A DNA stretch of 64,000 nt from Balanoglossus misakiensis (lineage: Eukaryota; Animalia; Hemichordata): NCBI GenBank assembly GCA_040954595.2, contig CM082593.2, forward strand, positions 3,799,434 through 3,863,433. Direction: 5' to 3'. Position 1 is the first letter of the stretch, and every line of letters starts with the position of its first letter. Below, in pieces: positions 1 to 13,000 of this stretch. Under the pieces are notes generated by a model. The model saw nothing but the letters and a program-made list of their open reading frames with translations. It was not told the origin of the DNA and ran no database searches. Made by a program: the position numbers and the translations under genes.

Positions 1-937
1 CACGTCCACACTCATACTCACTACACGTGCAAATCAAAGCCTGGACACCTATGCGTCTTATGGAAAGTGGCGTTTTCATATCATGTACCAGCTATCAATA
101 TTATTTATGACCAAGCACGTCGCTGATCGTTTCACAAGGATTCAGTGCTAACCTGTCCATGAGCTATGTGTTCAGCTACGAAGCAGTGCTAGGTGTAATT
201 ACTTACATACACGCACAACAGGGGACAGTTTTCTCAACTATTTTTCAGCTCACTCAAGTAGCAGTTGTGTAATGTTGTTTTCTATCTAAATCGCTGAAAC
301 ATCAAACTAACCCCATCAACCCCCTGCCCTCCGGTAATAGAATTGCAGACGACAACACCCCCGTGGTAGCAATGAGGTCACCGTCGGAGATCAGGCCTCG
401 CAAGTGATGGACAAGTCTATTTTAATGCGCCCTCCAGCTTGTCTCTGTGCGTTGCATCGCCAAACTCAGACATGCTGTGGACTTGATGTAGTTTCTATTT
501 TGGAGACAGGGTCGCCGTGTCAAGCATTTACGAGGCACCGTGCATCACGCCTGACTAATTGAATTATAGTCAAATCAAATATTCAAATGAACGACATTGA
601 AAATACTGACACATCACAGTTGTGTAGCAGGAAGCTCTCTGAATGTTTACACGAACGGCCTCGATGGAATCACTTATGATCTCCGTGACGAGATTCGAAG
701 AGATGTGACCTCTTATATTATAGCCAGTCCGATAATGATTTTATTTTGTTAGAGTTTTCTTTCATGTTGACAGGAAATAGACATCAAACAAAAGACAAAT
801 TTCATAACACTAAAACATAAGAAATATCAGAATGAAAAGGAAGGTGCTGACTTTTTTGGACAAAATGCAATGTGACAATCCGATGACTTTTGGTAACAGC
901 GAGCGTAAATTTCTATTTTCTCTCTCATCATTTCCAG

Positions 938-1057
938 GTCACTTCCGTACAACCTGCCACGCGGGATATCACAAGTTCCCAACATGCATCGACACACCTG
1001 GTGCCTACCTGTGCGAGTGCGGACCGGGCTTTGTGTGGAACAGCGAAATGTGTGTAG
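938..1057 (+). CDS. aGPCR exon: EGF-like domain
   Basis: ttccag| ... |gtgggt; TCIDTPGAYLCECGPGFVWNSEMC matches calcium-binding EGF spacing. Confidence 0.85.
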   Translation, partial: VTSVQPATRDITSSQHASTHLVPTCASADRALCGTAKCV

Positions 1058-4000
1058 GTGGGTTTTGCCGTTAGAGCCGCGCAATTGAAAAAGTAAATGT
1101 GTCTATTTTTAGTCTAATTCAATCTGCCGACGCAGGCACTCAGCAGAAACCATTAAATGTCTGTGAATAGCAAACAGATGCACCATTATACACGAAGGAA
1201 AGTCTAGTTGTGTGATGAGGACAACCTGTTGCCTGCAACTTTGATCAGACAACGTTTTCAAAGACGAATTATATCACTGAAGAACTTTTAATTGATGTTG
1301 TTAACTCAACTTGAAGCTGTTCTACTGGCTTTGACAGTGCTGCATTTTTATAACCCATACCATCAACATCAACAACTTGAACAACAACAGCAAAACGCTA
1401 ACATTAGCAGCAACAACATTTAATAACTGGCTAATTATCCGTTTATTATGTTTTTAATCTTAATTATATTGTATCGTCATTGCAATTCGTTAAAATTTAG
1501 CCTGATCAGCCTTTACATTGATGACATATGCCAGAGATAAATTTAACGTATGCCTTCATTACATTGGGTTTGAATGAATAGGCGCGAATATTATTCAGAA
1601 ATGCTTCCCTTCATTGACATCTACGAGCTGTCAGCATTTATTTGAAGTCAGTTCTTAAGGCTACCTGGTTTTATAGAAATTGGCAGCTTTGAGCTTAAGG
1701 TAATGCATTTAAAAGCTATCTGACTGAAAAATCCTATCCCATCCAATTTTTGCGTGACCGGAGCATATACTTCCATTCCGTACGTTGTGTCACGATCAAG
1801 GCAGGTTAGCAAGGGGGCGTTCGAGAGTAATGCCTAGCAATTGGAATCCATTAAGAATCTTGTTTTTCTCAGATTTTATTTAATCATGCTTTCAGCTATT
1901 TCAATAGCCCCTGTCTCCCTCTCAGGCTGCCACCAGTCGAGATCTCGTATGACGTCATCTGAGGTAGACAGGCGCGACCCCGAGGTGACCTCATTTCCAT
2001 TAACTAGATTCGCAGTTCGGATTAATTCTGTTCTGTTAGGGTTTGACATCATCTAGCCTTTTGCACACGAGGACGCCATTGTCAGGGGCAACAAACGAAA
2101 CCATTTTGCGCGTGAGGTCACGATTACAGAGATTTGTAAAGAACACTAAGTGTTTCATTCAAGTTGATTTTGAAAGTTCAAATTGCGTGTTTAAATGTCA
2201 TTCAAATCTACCATGCCTTTGTGTCGCGTCAGTCTATAAAATTTACCTTCCAACATTGATTTCTCTCCCCTGCGATGTAAACGCGTGTGGGGCGTCTCAG
2301 TGCTTATGCAAATGCGCAGTCTGTATAAATATGACTTTCATTAATGGGATGCGTAAATATTCGAAGTTTATTGAAAACTGACATAAAGAAACCTTTGCCA
2401 TTCGTGCATGGACCCTGAAAGTAGGAGTGTATAGTTTGCGTTCATGATGTGATTAGTTAATGAATAAATTTTGTTCTCTTGTGTCATTTTAGCCAAAGCT
2501 GCGGACTCGAGACTGGAATTCCTGGATGTCAAGCCCGCCGGTTACACCCTCCTGCTCGGCAAGACGTTCCCCCAGTTGTCGGCGTTCACCATTAGCATGT
2601 GGGTGAAGACAGCCAAGATTGAGCGAGACCGGGTCTATCTCTCCTACAGCATCAATGACAAGAAACCGCAGATCATGATTGAAGGCGGCAAAAGTTTCAA
2701 TATATACGTCGCCGGCGAGATGGTCAAGGCTCCTGTCAAAGTGGAGCCCGACATATGGCAACACCTTGCCTTCACGTGGTCAAATAAACGTAAGATTTCT
2801 TGCGTACACAATGTATAGTTTAAATTAAACATATAAATGCGAACACAATGAAAAAATGAAAGAATAATTTGTCTGTCGCCATTGTGCGAGTAAAATCAGA
2901 AGTTATGTATTCGTTATTTTCTCTTGTGTTATTTGTTAGGAGGTGATTGGGCGTGGTACGTGGATGGGCAGAGGGTTGCCAGAAACGACAAATTGGCAAC
3001 GAATGTAACCCTTCCAGTAGCGGGAGAGTTCGTCCTCGGGCAGGCACCACGAAGTCGAGACACGCTTCATTTCGAAGAGGACCGTATGTACATCGGCGAC
3101 CTGAGTCACGTGAATATCTGGTCGTATCCAATGAATAAGTCTCAAATCGAGAAACTGGCTGGAGATTGTACCTTCATGCAGTGCGGTGATGCGGTCCAGT
3201 GGGTTGACTTCCGCAGCGGTACGAGAGGCTCAATGAAACTTCGGTGGCCATCAGGAATTTTCGGTATGTTTTCACAAACTTTTAAATACCTTGGGACAGA
3301 TTGATGGGCTAAGATAAACAAGACATTTCATATGATATGAGAGATCAGAATACTGTTCTTTTTATATGAATGCAAGCCGATATATTTTTTTACTGAGATA
3401 TATGGCAGAGAACTGATCATCATTTTACCAGATCTGTTTCAGCAACATTCTGTGAAATAACCCCTCATCTTCGCTTTCATAGTTTCGCAGTCAGAACACG
3501 AGTTGCTGTATTTTAAAACGGTCGAACAACAATGGAATGGCCTTTTCATAATGCCTCCAATATGCAGAAGCCTCTTGTAGTGCATTTACTTTTGGTTTAA
3601 TTCGCCCAGACAGAATAATCCCCGTATGCACGTTCAATTGAGCAGTTAATGGATAGGGGAATTGGTGCGGGGTTATCTGGATTTGTGACGCGTGCGCAAG
3701 ACAGAGTTACTTTGCAAAGTGAATTGTGTCTTACTTGGTGTCTTTGTAGCCGGGATTAGGATAATGAAAGGCGCGGGCGAAACTGCCTGACCTGCTTCGA
3801 TCTGGGCGAGCTGCGTGACTGTTTATCATCATTGAATTCGAAAATGATGAGACACGTGCGTTGCCAATGTTAGAGTAGAAGCTTTGCAGGGGAATTTCTG
3901 AATGGGTATTACGTGTGAAGGAACTGTAAACGACGTTTAGTGAAACCAATGATATCAACCTATATGATACATTTTGTTTCCCCTTTTTTCTGAATCAGCG

Positions 4001-7000
4001 ACTGGTTGTGATGCGAATCTGGAAGAAGCTTGTGATAGGTATTGCAGTCACACTATTGGTAAGGAACCATTATCCTTGCTCTGCGTTTTTTCTACATGGT
4101 CAACGACTGGAGTTTTTTAAAAATATTTTAATTGTTTATAATCATGTTCAGATCTGTGAAGTTTATTCTAATGGTTCATGTCCTTATTACAGGTCCCCAG
4201 TGTAACCAAGACACCGCTGGTAACATTGAGTGGCCGAGAACACCTGCTGGTGAGAGTAAATCTCTTCCATGTCCAGGAAAGTTTGACGAAGAAGACGAGA
4301 ATTTTGAGCTACGTGAGTATTATTTGATATTTCTTGCACAGCTTATCATTTATAGTATTAAAGGTATACGGTCACCTATGGAAGTTTAGCTACAGTTACC
4401 ATGGTAAACTTGAGATAGAACACTCAAATACGCCATTTCAGCCATATATGGGCGTATGTAAATTAGGGGTGACCGTGTACCTTTAATAGCCACGTAAATT
4501 TGTATATATGACTGGCGTATTATCCCTTTATGAATTAAAATGTTTATATTTCTTAATCCAGATCTTGTGAACAGGACATGTCTAGACACTGGTGGATTAC
4601 ATGGCACTTGGGATATCCCCATTCTTTCCCAGTGTGCATCACGCGAACAGCTTGAACTGAGAATGGAGGTACGTGTATCTGGGAATTTGAACACGAAACT
4701 TCAGTCCGTACACAAAACAGGAATACTGAAAACATAGCGAAAAGTTACAGCTAATGGAGCTTTAAATGAACTCTAAAATTACTTCTCTCCAACAGATAAC
4801 TGAATTTCACGAGAAACCGAACATAAACGGGTCAGTTATCATTCACCTGACGAAGAAACTTGACAACTACACTAAGACATTTCTGAGGAAGACGAACCCT
4901 ATTGACCTTGCCATCGACATCCATTGCTTGGATATGCTGGTCGATGCACAGGCCAAAACATTACAGCACATTGCCTGGTCAGAAAGCATCTTAAGATTCA
5001 CCAATGCACGTCTTGTTTATCCAACATATGATGAAACCTATGAGTTTTCACAGGTGAGGGATCTTACGGAAGGCGTGAATGTGTGAAATAATGTCCAATG
5101 TGATTTTTAGAGCGGCGTTTTCGATTCACAACTTGTTTTGTGATGACCGCCCTCAACGACGGGAATTCATTTCAGATGACCTCTTTCGTCTGTATAATAG
5201 GAGTATAATTTGATTGATTGATCTTTTCCAGATTGTGGCCGATATCCTGAATGCAATCATGGACACCAAAAACGAAGTGGCTTGGAAGGAAACCAAACCC
5301 CGTGGCGTTTTGGCAGTTGACCTCATGAGAGTGATTCAAAAATTCACTGACGTTCTGGCGACGAGCCTCAATGGTCACATGAGGCGAAAAGAGATCGGTC
5401 CCAAACAGGCGTCGATAAGTGCCTTAACCCACAACTTTGGTGAGTGCTGGGTGCATGAACAACCACATCAACAATAATAATAACCTCAAATCAAATGACG
5501 TCAGAAAGTCATGCTTAAATATTAATTTGTTAGTTGTGTGTGTTTTTATTTTTTAGAAAATGGGGTATCATCCAGATTGCAATGCATTTCTTCTGTTGAA
5601 ACTCAATTTTAATAGAATTCAATGTACAGTATTAGTAACTCTGAGAATTAAACCATATTCCCACCCCTTCCCACAGTTCTAGACGTCAAAGCGATTCAAC
5701 TGGCGAATTTCAGGGGACTTACTTTCCCACACTATATTGAAGAATTGGAATTGTTAGTTCCGGACCATTTTTCATTGCCGAGGGAACTATTCAGTGAAGT
5801 GTCTTTACCACCTGGTAAGTCTTACTGCCCTCATTCAACATAGTATACAGTGTATGTACATGCAGCACTATAGAACAAATGTATGATTTTTAAGTAATTC
5901 ACTGGCAGATTAACATTACAGGAGATGCGTAGTGATAGCTCAAACCGCAACAATTAAATGTGTGTTTTCTTCAGACCAAGCTTGAAGATCTCTTGACTTA
6001 CATATTGTTTTCACGCCTTTAATTCCAGAACTCAAACACGTAATAATATCAAGCGCAAAATATAATACTTTAGGCAGACTTCTTCCCAATCACCCAGAGT
6101 AAGTTTTCATTTCTTGATATTTTGTTTCCCCGTCTTTACAATTTTTGTTCGAAAATAATAGAAATTAGACATACTTCACACAAATGTACATGATTCGTAA
6201 GTGAGAATTAATGTAGACCAAGACGGCAATGTAACATGTAGAAATGGTTTGTGAGAGTATTATTTAGAAGAGTATTATTGACCCAGGAAATACTTCTTCT
6301 CTTACTTTCGCCAGGCCAATTAAAATCACACATTTTAGAGACAAAGCTAAGGAGAATGCCCACAAAGAAGACAATGTAAATACGGCGCTTTTGTTCTCGC
6401 GTATTCACTTGCCGGAAGCCGAACAATTATTTCATAACATGACAACTCCCATTCTGATAAATCTCAAGTATGACAAAGTAAGTATGGTTTACAGCCCCAT
6501 TGGCTGAGAGAACATATAAGAGGCAATTGTGCAGTAATTCCGTGTCATTACTGCAAGAGAGAGAAACCACCAAAACCACCACCACCCACGATGCCAAGAC
6601 CAAAACCACAAACACCACCACCCACGCCGCCGCCACCACCAAAACCACCAACACCCCCCCCCCCCCCCCCCCACTGGCAAAACAACAAGATTCCTAACAC
6701 TATGCTGAGTTATCAAATGACTTTGATATAGTGCGCATTATAAAAGATTTACTTATAATATTATTACTTTTCAATTATCAGCCTTTTAATGTGTCCAACC
6801 CCGAATGTGTAACTCTGCGTCTTTCAAACATGTAAGTAACTATTTACATCCGTGTTTTACGGTATATTTTACTTGTTTTTCGTATTTCACTTTCATGTAA
6901 ATTGTACAAACAGTAATGAGTTTATTGACTTTTTTCACTCAAAAAGTATGATAATTGCTGTTTGCAAATTGTGTTATTTTTCAGCTCCAATGACTTTGAC

Positions 7001-10000
7001 TGGAGCAGTGAAGGTTGTCAAATCATATCCTACACGTACGACGGCGCACGATGTCAGTGTCGACATCCGGGTATTTTTGCACTGACAACCGACATGTATG
7101 ACGTCAATGTAAGTTCAGTTAATTGCACTGCAAGGTATCACGAGATGATTTCAAATTCAATTTCAAGTTCAGAAATACAAGCTCCAAATTGATGATGAAT
7201 ATTAACCCTGATGAACCCTACTGAACTAGATAAAACCAAGTTTGCTCACACCATGTACATGCTGTAACTCCCATGTTTTTTTCCTTAGTGGAATTGTTGC
7301 AAAGAGAGAATATTCCATGTGACCGTACCAGCCTACATTGGATACATCATCAATGTGGCATTTTGTATTGCCTCTCTGGTCTTGTATTCACATTTCAAGT
7401 AAGTGCCATGGAATCTCCATAACACAGTATCTTTTGTTTCAGTATGTGTCTGCATCTGAAATGAGTGACATCACCGTGACATAGTTTGGTTTTTATTTGC
7501 TCAAACTTGATTTGAAGCTAACGTTAGATTAAAGCCCCTGTCTGACCCTATTTCCATTACTGTTACAGATGCGTGTCAGATACAGTCAATGTTCACAGGA
7601 ACCTAGCGATGTCTATTATTTTAGCGCAAACGTCGTACGTTGTAGGCGTAGCAAGACGAGAAGACGAGGTATGTTAAAGCAAATCAATTCTCCGAAGTTG
7701 AGATAGACTGCCACCACAGTTTGAAACTGTGTAGCTACATGTATCTTTCCAGACATCATGTACTGTAGATGGCGCTGTGGTCAGGGTAATTGACTTGACA
7801 GCCCGTGATCAAGCAGTTATATTGTTGGGACCTCAGTGTTTGTGCAAACGTATGAACTTCAACAGACTATGCACTGAGTTTTACCTGAAAAATTGCTTTC
7901 TTCTTTTGTTAATTTTCCAGGGCATGTGCAGGGGGTTCGCTATCGTCCTACACTATTTTTTCACCTCCGAATTTTGTTGGCTATGCAATGAAGCGTTTAA
8001 CTTATATGTAGAAGTAGCAAATTCTATACACGTAGAGACGCAGCAACAAAGACCTATGCTTAGATATTACATCATAGGCTGGGGTGAGTACAGAACTGTG
8101 ACTGTCTGACTGACTGAGTCACTCACTCGCTTATTCAAATGATTGATCAATCTGTCGACCGGTCGGTAGTTCAGTCAATCAATCAATCAATCATTAATTC
8201 AAATAACGACTAAATAATGTGGCCAGTGTTAACAATAAAAGATTTATGTATACATTTTCGGACTGATACTGCAGTCGTTATGGTACTAAAGATATTTATG
8301 AAAACCTTATATTATCCTAAATCAGTCAATAACGGTTTTGAATTTGACTTTCTAATTCCAGTTTTCCCTGGTGCCTTAGTTGGAGCGTTGGTGGGATCAA
8401 ACTGGGATAACTATTTTGCTGACGATATGTAAGTCTTCATCAGATTTCTGTGACATTTGTTGACAAATCTATTGGGAAGTAGATAGTATCTTTGAAGCTT
8501 GGCTTATTCAAAACATGTAATATGCCGTGACAGTAAGATAATGAAATGTATGGTATCATCATGGCACTCCATTGAAGACTATTAAGACAAGACCAAAATA
8601 GCTGTACGCATGTACTAATGCTTTTATACTGACTCTTTCAGATGTTGGGTAAATTTGGACCAAATATGGTTATTCGTAGGGCCTGTTGCGGGAGTTTGGG
8701 CCGTAAGTATAAGAAATTGTATATTTCAACTCTCATAGACATAATTCTAACTTCATGTTGATGGTTTCTCTTACTGAATTGTAGAACACTATTTGCAGTC
8801 AGATTTTGGAAGACCTCGTTCTACACATAAATAAATTACAGAATTTTTTCTCTAATAACCTTCATTGACAGACCAGGAAACCACAGTATCATCTGACACG
8901 CCTTTACATATTTTGCGGTTTTGCTTAAGGCGTCTGGCATGATGTAATTTGATGTCTCCTCATTACCGACATCCATTAATTCTTTATTAATTGAAACATA
9001 CACCCCGTTGACAAAAATCCATTCTGGGCCGAGAAACTGTCGACTACCCCAGCCGGTACGAAGCTTAATTACAACTTTGAACAGCAATAACACGACTTTG
9101 AAAATTACACTCTGCATATTTAACTATACGTGCATTTCAATTCATTATATTCTAATTTTATTACATGTACTATAGCTACATATCAAGTAAAGTTAATTCA
9201 TAGGTTGGAAGTGGGCGTTGTTTATACTTGTAAAATATGGCATGTCCAGGAGATTGTCACTACACTGTATTGACAACATGTCCCTTGATACCTGATGCAC
9301 ACAAAGACAATAATGTAAAATTTCAATTTAACTTCCAGGATCCCTTGCCAAACTTAAAGATAAGATTCCCCTAAAAATATTAGGAGCTACAATATCCTGT
9401 GGTAGCTAAAGATTAAATTAATGGTAAACTATTGTAATTGATGTTTGACTTTGGAAATTAATACTGGGTGATTAAAATTAATTAGTAGTCATTTAAATAA
9501 ATGATAGTAGGACAGAACTGTGTAGCCTTGTAGAGTGAATCCAAATTTGAGGTTGTGACCAGGCAGACGATTGGAAGGAGGGGGGGGGGGCATGTTCTTC
9601 CTTTGACCAGGGCACAACCACAGTAAATACTGGTGTGAGGGCTTACATGTAAAATTGACAATTGAATGACAATAATCCACTTGAAGGCTGAGGGATTTAA
9701 AATCATGTGACCAGGGAGACGGTAATGTCAGCCGAAGTACGGCGGGTCACCATCCCTCATTGTGACGATGCAATTTAGGTTGATTACCATTTCGAATCCC
9801 ATTGCAAAAAAACACAACCTCGTGCCAATTAATAAACGCACTCAGACAAAGATTGCTTTGAAATATTTATGACGTATTTTATGGACCATCCTGACTGAAA
9901 TGAAGACGATGATGATGAAGAGTTCCATCAGTGTTCTCTGGTAATCGTCGCTCGGCAAATTAAGTGGGGGATATTTTAATTTCTTGCTCTAATGACGACA

Positions 10001-13000
10001 TTGTGCTCTGCCGGCACGATCATAATAGCAAACCATGTTCCGAAATAAAGTGACATTGTTTATTGCCGCGGCTCAGTAATTTGCAATCATGGGGCGGTAA
10101 TGTAATCATGTCAGACGAGTTCAGAAGCTGTTCATTAATTTGGCAACAAGGAACAGGTGTCTGGGTGTTCTAATAGGACTGCGGTGACATTTTGTACCGT
10201 TTACAATGCAAGGGAACGAAAAATTCGAGCCACCGAGCGCAATGTCTTTCACTCAGGCTCGTAACTCCCAATAAGACCCCCCCCCCCCCAATTTATTGAC
10301 AATGACATCAGAGAGTACACACCGCTCATGCGTTCACGTGAGCGGTTGACCACATTTTTTGACGTCCCAATATCAAAACACTGCCCCTTTTTATCAAGGT
10401 CATGGAGAGGTATGCATTTTTAGCCGTGACGCTGTTCAAGATAGCAATTAGCATACTGTTTTTAAAATTTATGCGCTCTCCTATTCTAAACTGTTCCTAC
10501 TTTTTCTCTATTTAGATAACTTGCTTTGTATTGACGTTCACTGGCAAGGACATTGTAGAAAGTTCATATTCAAAAGACAAACAAGCAAATAAAGTAGTCA
10601 GGTAAGTAATGATGCGGTCTGACGCCATAAACAGCGCCACCTATCGCTTTTTTATCTAATCAAAGATTCTATGACCAGCGCTGTAGATTTCAAAAACAAA
10701 TAATGATATTCGATCCGTGGCACTTTTTATGATTAGCATTATTCATTGAAAAATTAATTTTCTTCCATGCATGGAACAGGGCTGTAAGATGAGTGAGGGA
10801 CGGGTGCGATAAATATTTCATGATTCCTTTCTGATAACTGATTACTCAGTGCCTTGTGAATGTAAACCGTTGAATAAATAATACGCCACATGACTCTTAT
10901 GCTAATCCATAGTCATCGTTATCTTCAATTGTAAAAATACATATCTGAACTTGTAAATTATGCGTATAAGAGTCTTATTATTAGGAAAGGTTAACGCCCA
11001 GATGAAAAAATTTACTCTCACGTTGATTGAGAAGTACACAGTTATTATGACTCATTGTATAGGGCCTGACATTGAACAATTAACTGATGTACGGGTCTGA
11101 AGACAAGCCGATAATGTTTATGTTAAAGGTCAATGTCAAACGAGAAATCCTAGTTCATTGAATGATCTAAAAATCGCATCAAGGACATGGTGGTCCCTCC
11201 CAGTAAGGGATTACTCAGAAAAAGTCTACACCTGAGTACATATACAGACAGACACAGAGAGATCAACAGGAAAACACTGACTGACCCATAAGCTGCCAAT
11301 GGCATGTGTGCTGTACATACACCAAAAAGAATAGCTGGTCTCCTTTAAGTTATGCGCCCCCCTTCCCCCCCCCCCCCCAAATAAGACATTTCCCCCACAA
11401 AACATTGAAACTTTCATCATAGGTTTTGTAAATTATCATGAGAACTCACCCAGAAACCTTCTAATCAAATTTCAAAGCAATGGAGTAGAGGGTTCTGAGA
11501 AAGTTTTGACCCAAACTGGCAAAAAACACCCCAAAAATATACTATTGAATTTCTGCAAGTTTATTTGAAAAACATAATTAGCATTTACTTTGTCAAACTT
11601 AAACCACTGAAAATCCTCATCTCAGAACAAGCACAAAATCTTACTCTATAATTGTAAAAATGGCTCAGAAAAACACTCAAAACTTCTGAAAAATCTGATA
11701 TCAAAAACAACTCAAAGCTCAGGAAATCTTTAAATTCTTATTTCAAATGCACTGCAGAATGTAGTGCAATGAATGCTGTATTTCTGTTCTGGTGACCAAC
11801 CATTCCACTGCACAAATATCAAAGTGAGTTTTGAATTCACTAAAATCTGTACTACCATCATAACTCTCGTTTGATAAAATGAACTCAGAGAAATGGGATT
11901 TGCTCTCGTTTGAGATGTATCAATTGCAGTTGAGTTGACCCCGAAGTAACAAATTGGGTCAGTGAGAGTTGACCTCCGAAGTAACAAATTGAGCCAGACA
12001 CAATAACAACAACTGTCCCTGGGGAATTGTTTATAATGTGACCCCTGTCTGCCCCATGAAATGAGTTGAGTTTTTTAGGGCTTCTTTAGAAATGACCGTA
12101 GAATTGACGTGTTTTCTCAAACCCAGAATCAAACTTACTGTTGAAAACAATTCCCTATCCTGCGATAAATACGTATCGCGCGTATAAAGTAAGTAGCCGT
12201 GATACAATTTACCGAACACAATAATTTCTATGTAAAAACAACACCTATCTAATATCAGACTGTCGGCACAGAGATTTGATCGGACAATGAATGCCTAAAT
12301 ATGAACACTATATAGCTCTCAAATCACAGCAAAAGAAGGCATACAAAAGCCTAGGGTAACGTGTTGCACTGACCTGCGAACAGGTCCCGTAAGGAGTACG
12401 GTGCCCAGAGTTCAACACGACCCTAAACTCCTTTGGCCTCTGTTGCACACAACACAACACTACCACGGTTCTCAACAAACAATTTCAACGAGTAAACCTG
12501 ACCACTGCGTCAACCAAGACCTTAACGAATATTCAAAAGGGGCTTATGAACCAAAGTTGCCCTAACAATCCCGCAGAGGCCACCAATTATGATTGAATCT
12601 CGAACGGTCGCCTCTGAAAACTGATAGCACGTAGGCGGCCAGACGCGAGCCTCTCACAAACAGCCCTGTCTCTACATGTGGCGGTCGAACTCGCCAGAAA
12701 GCACGCGTTTTGACGCAGATATCGGCCCCACAACAAACTGCTTAGGTAAACAAGTCTTAGATCTCGCAATCGGTGACTCGGGGCTGACTATCCGATAGGA
12801 TAAATCGGACTAAATAAGGAAAATTTGCACAGAGCCCACAGTCGCCGATGCTTTCTCAACAGACCCACGCCAATTCAAATGAAGGGGGGAAAAACACGTC
12901 ACGTGACAGGCTAAACACGTGACCCAGAACGCACTTCTGATTGGTGTAGAACTCACCAAGGGCAAGATGGGGAAACCCTTCCATCCTTGTCAATCATACA

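Noticed and set aside
6427-6716. Val/Trp/Thr-rich ORFs here and at 60010-60370
   Set aside because: They are translations of ACC-type low-complexity repeats, the first lying inside an intron.
11931-11997. Two-copy tandem duplication of about 34 bp (agttgacc..cgaagtaacaaattg)
   Set aside because: Ordinary local duplication in a repeat-like intronic stretch with no sign of function.
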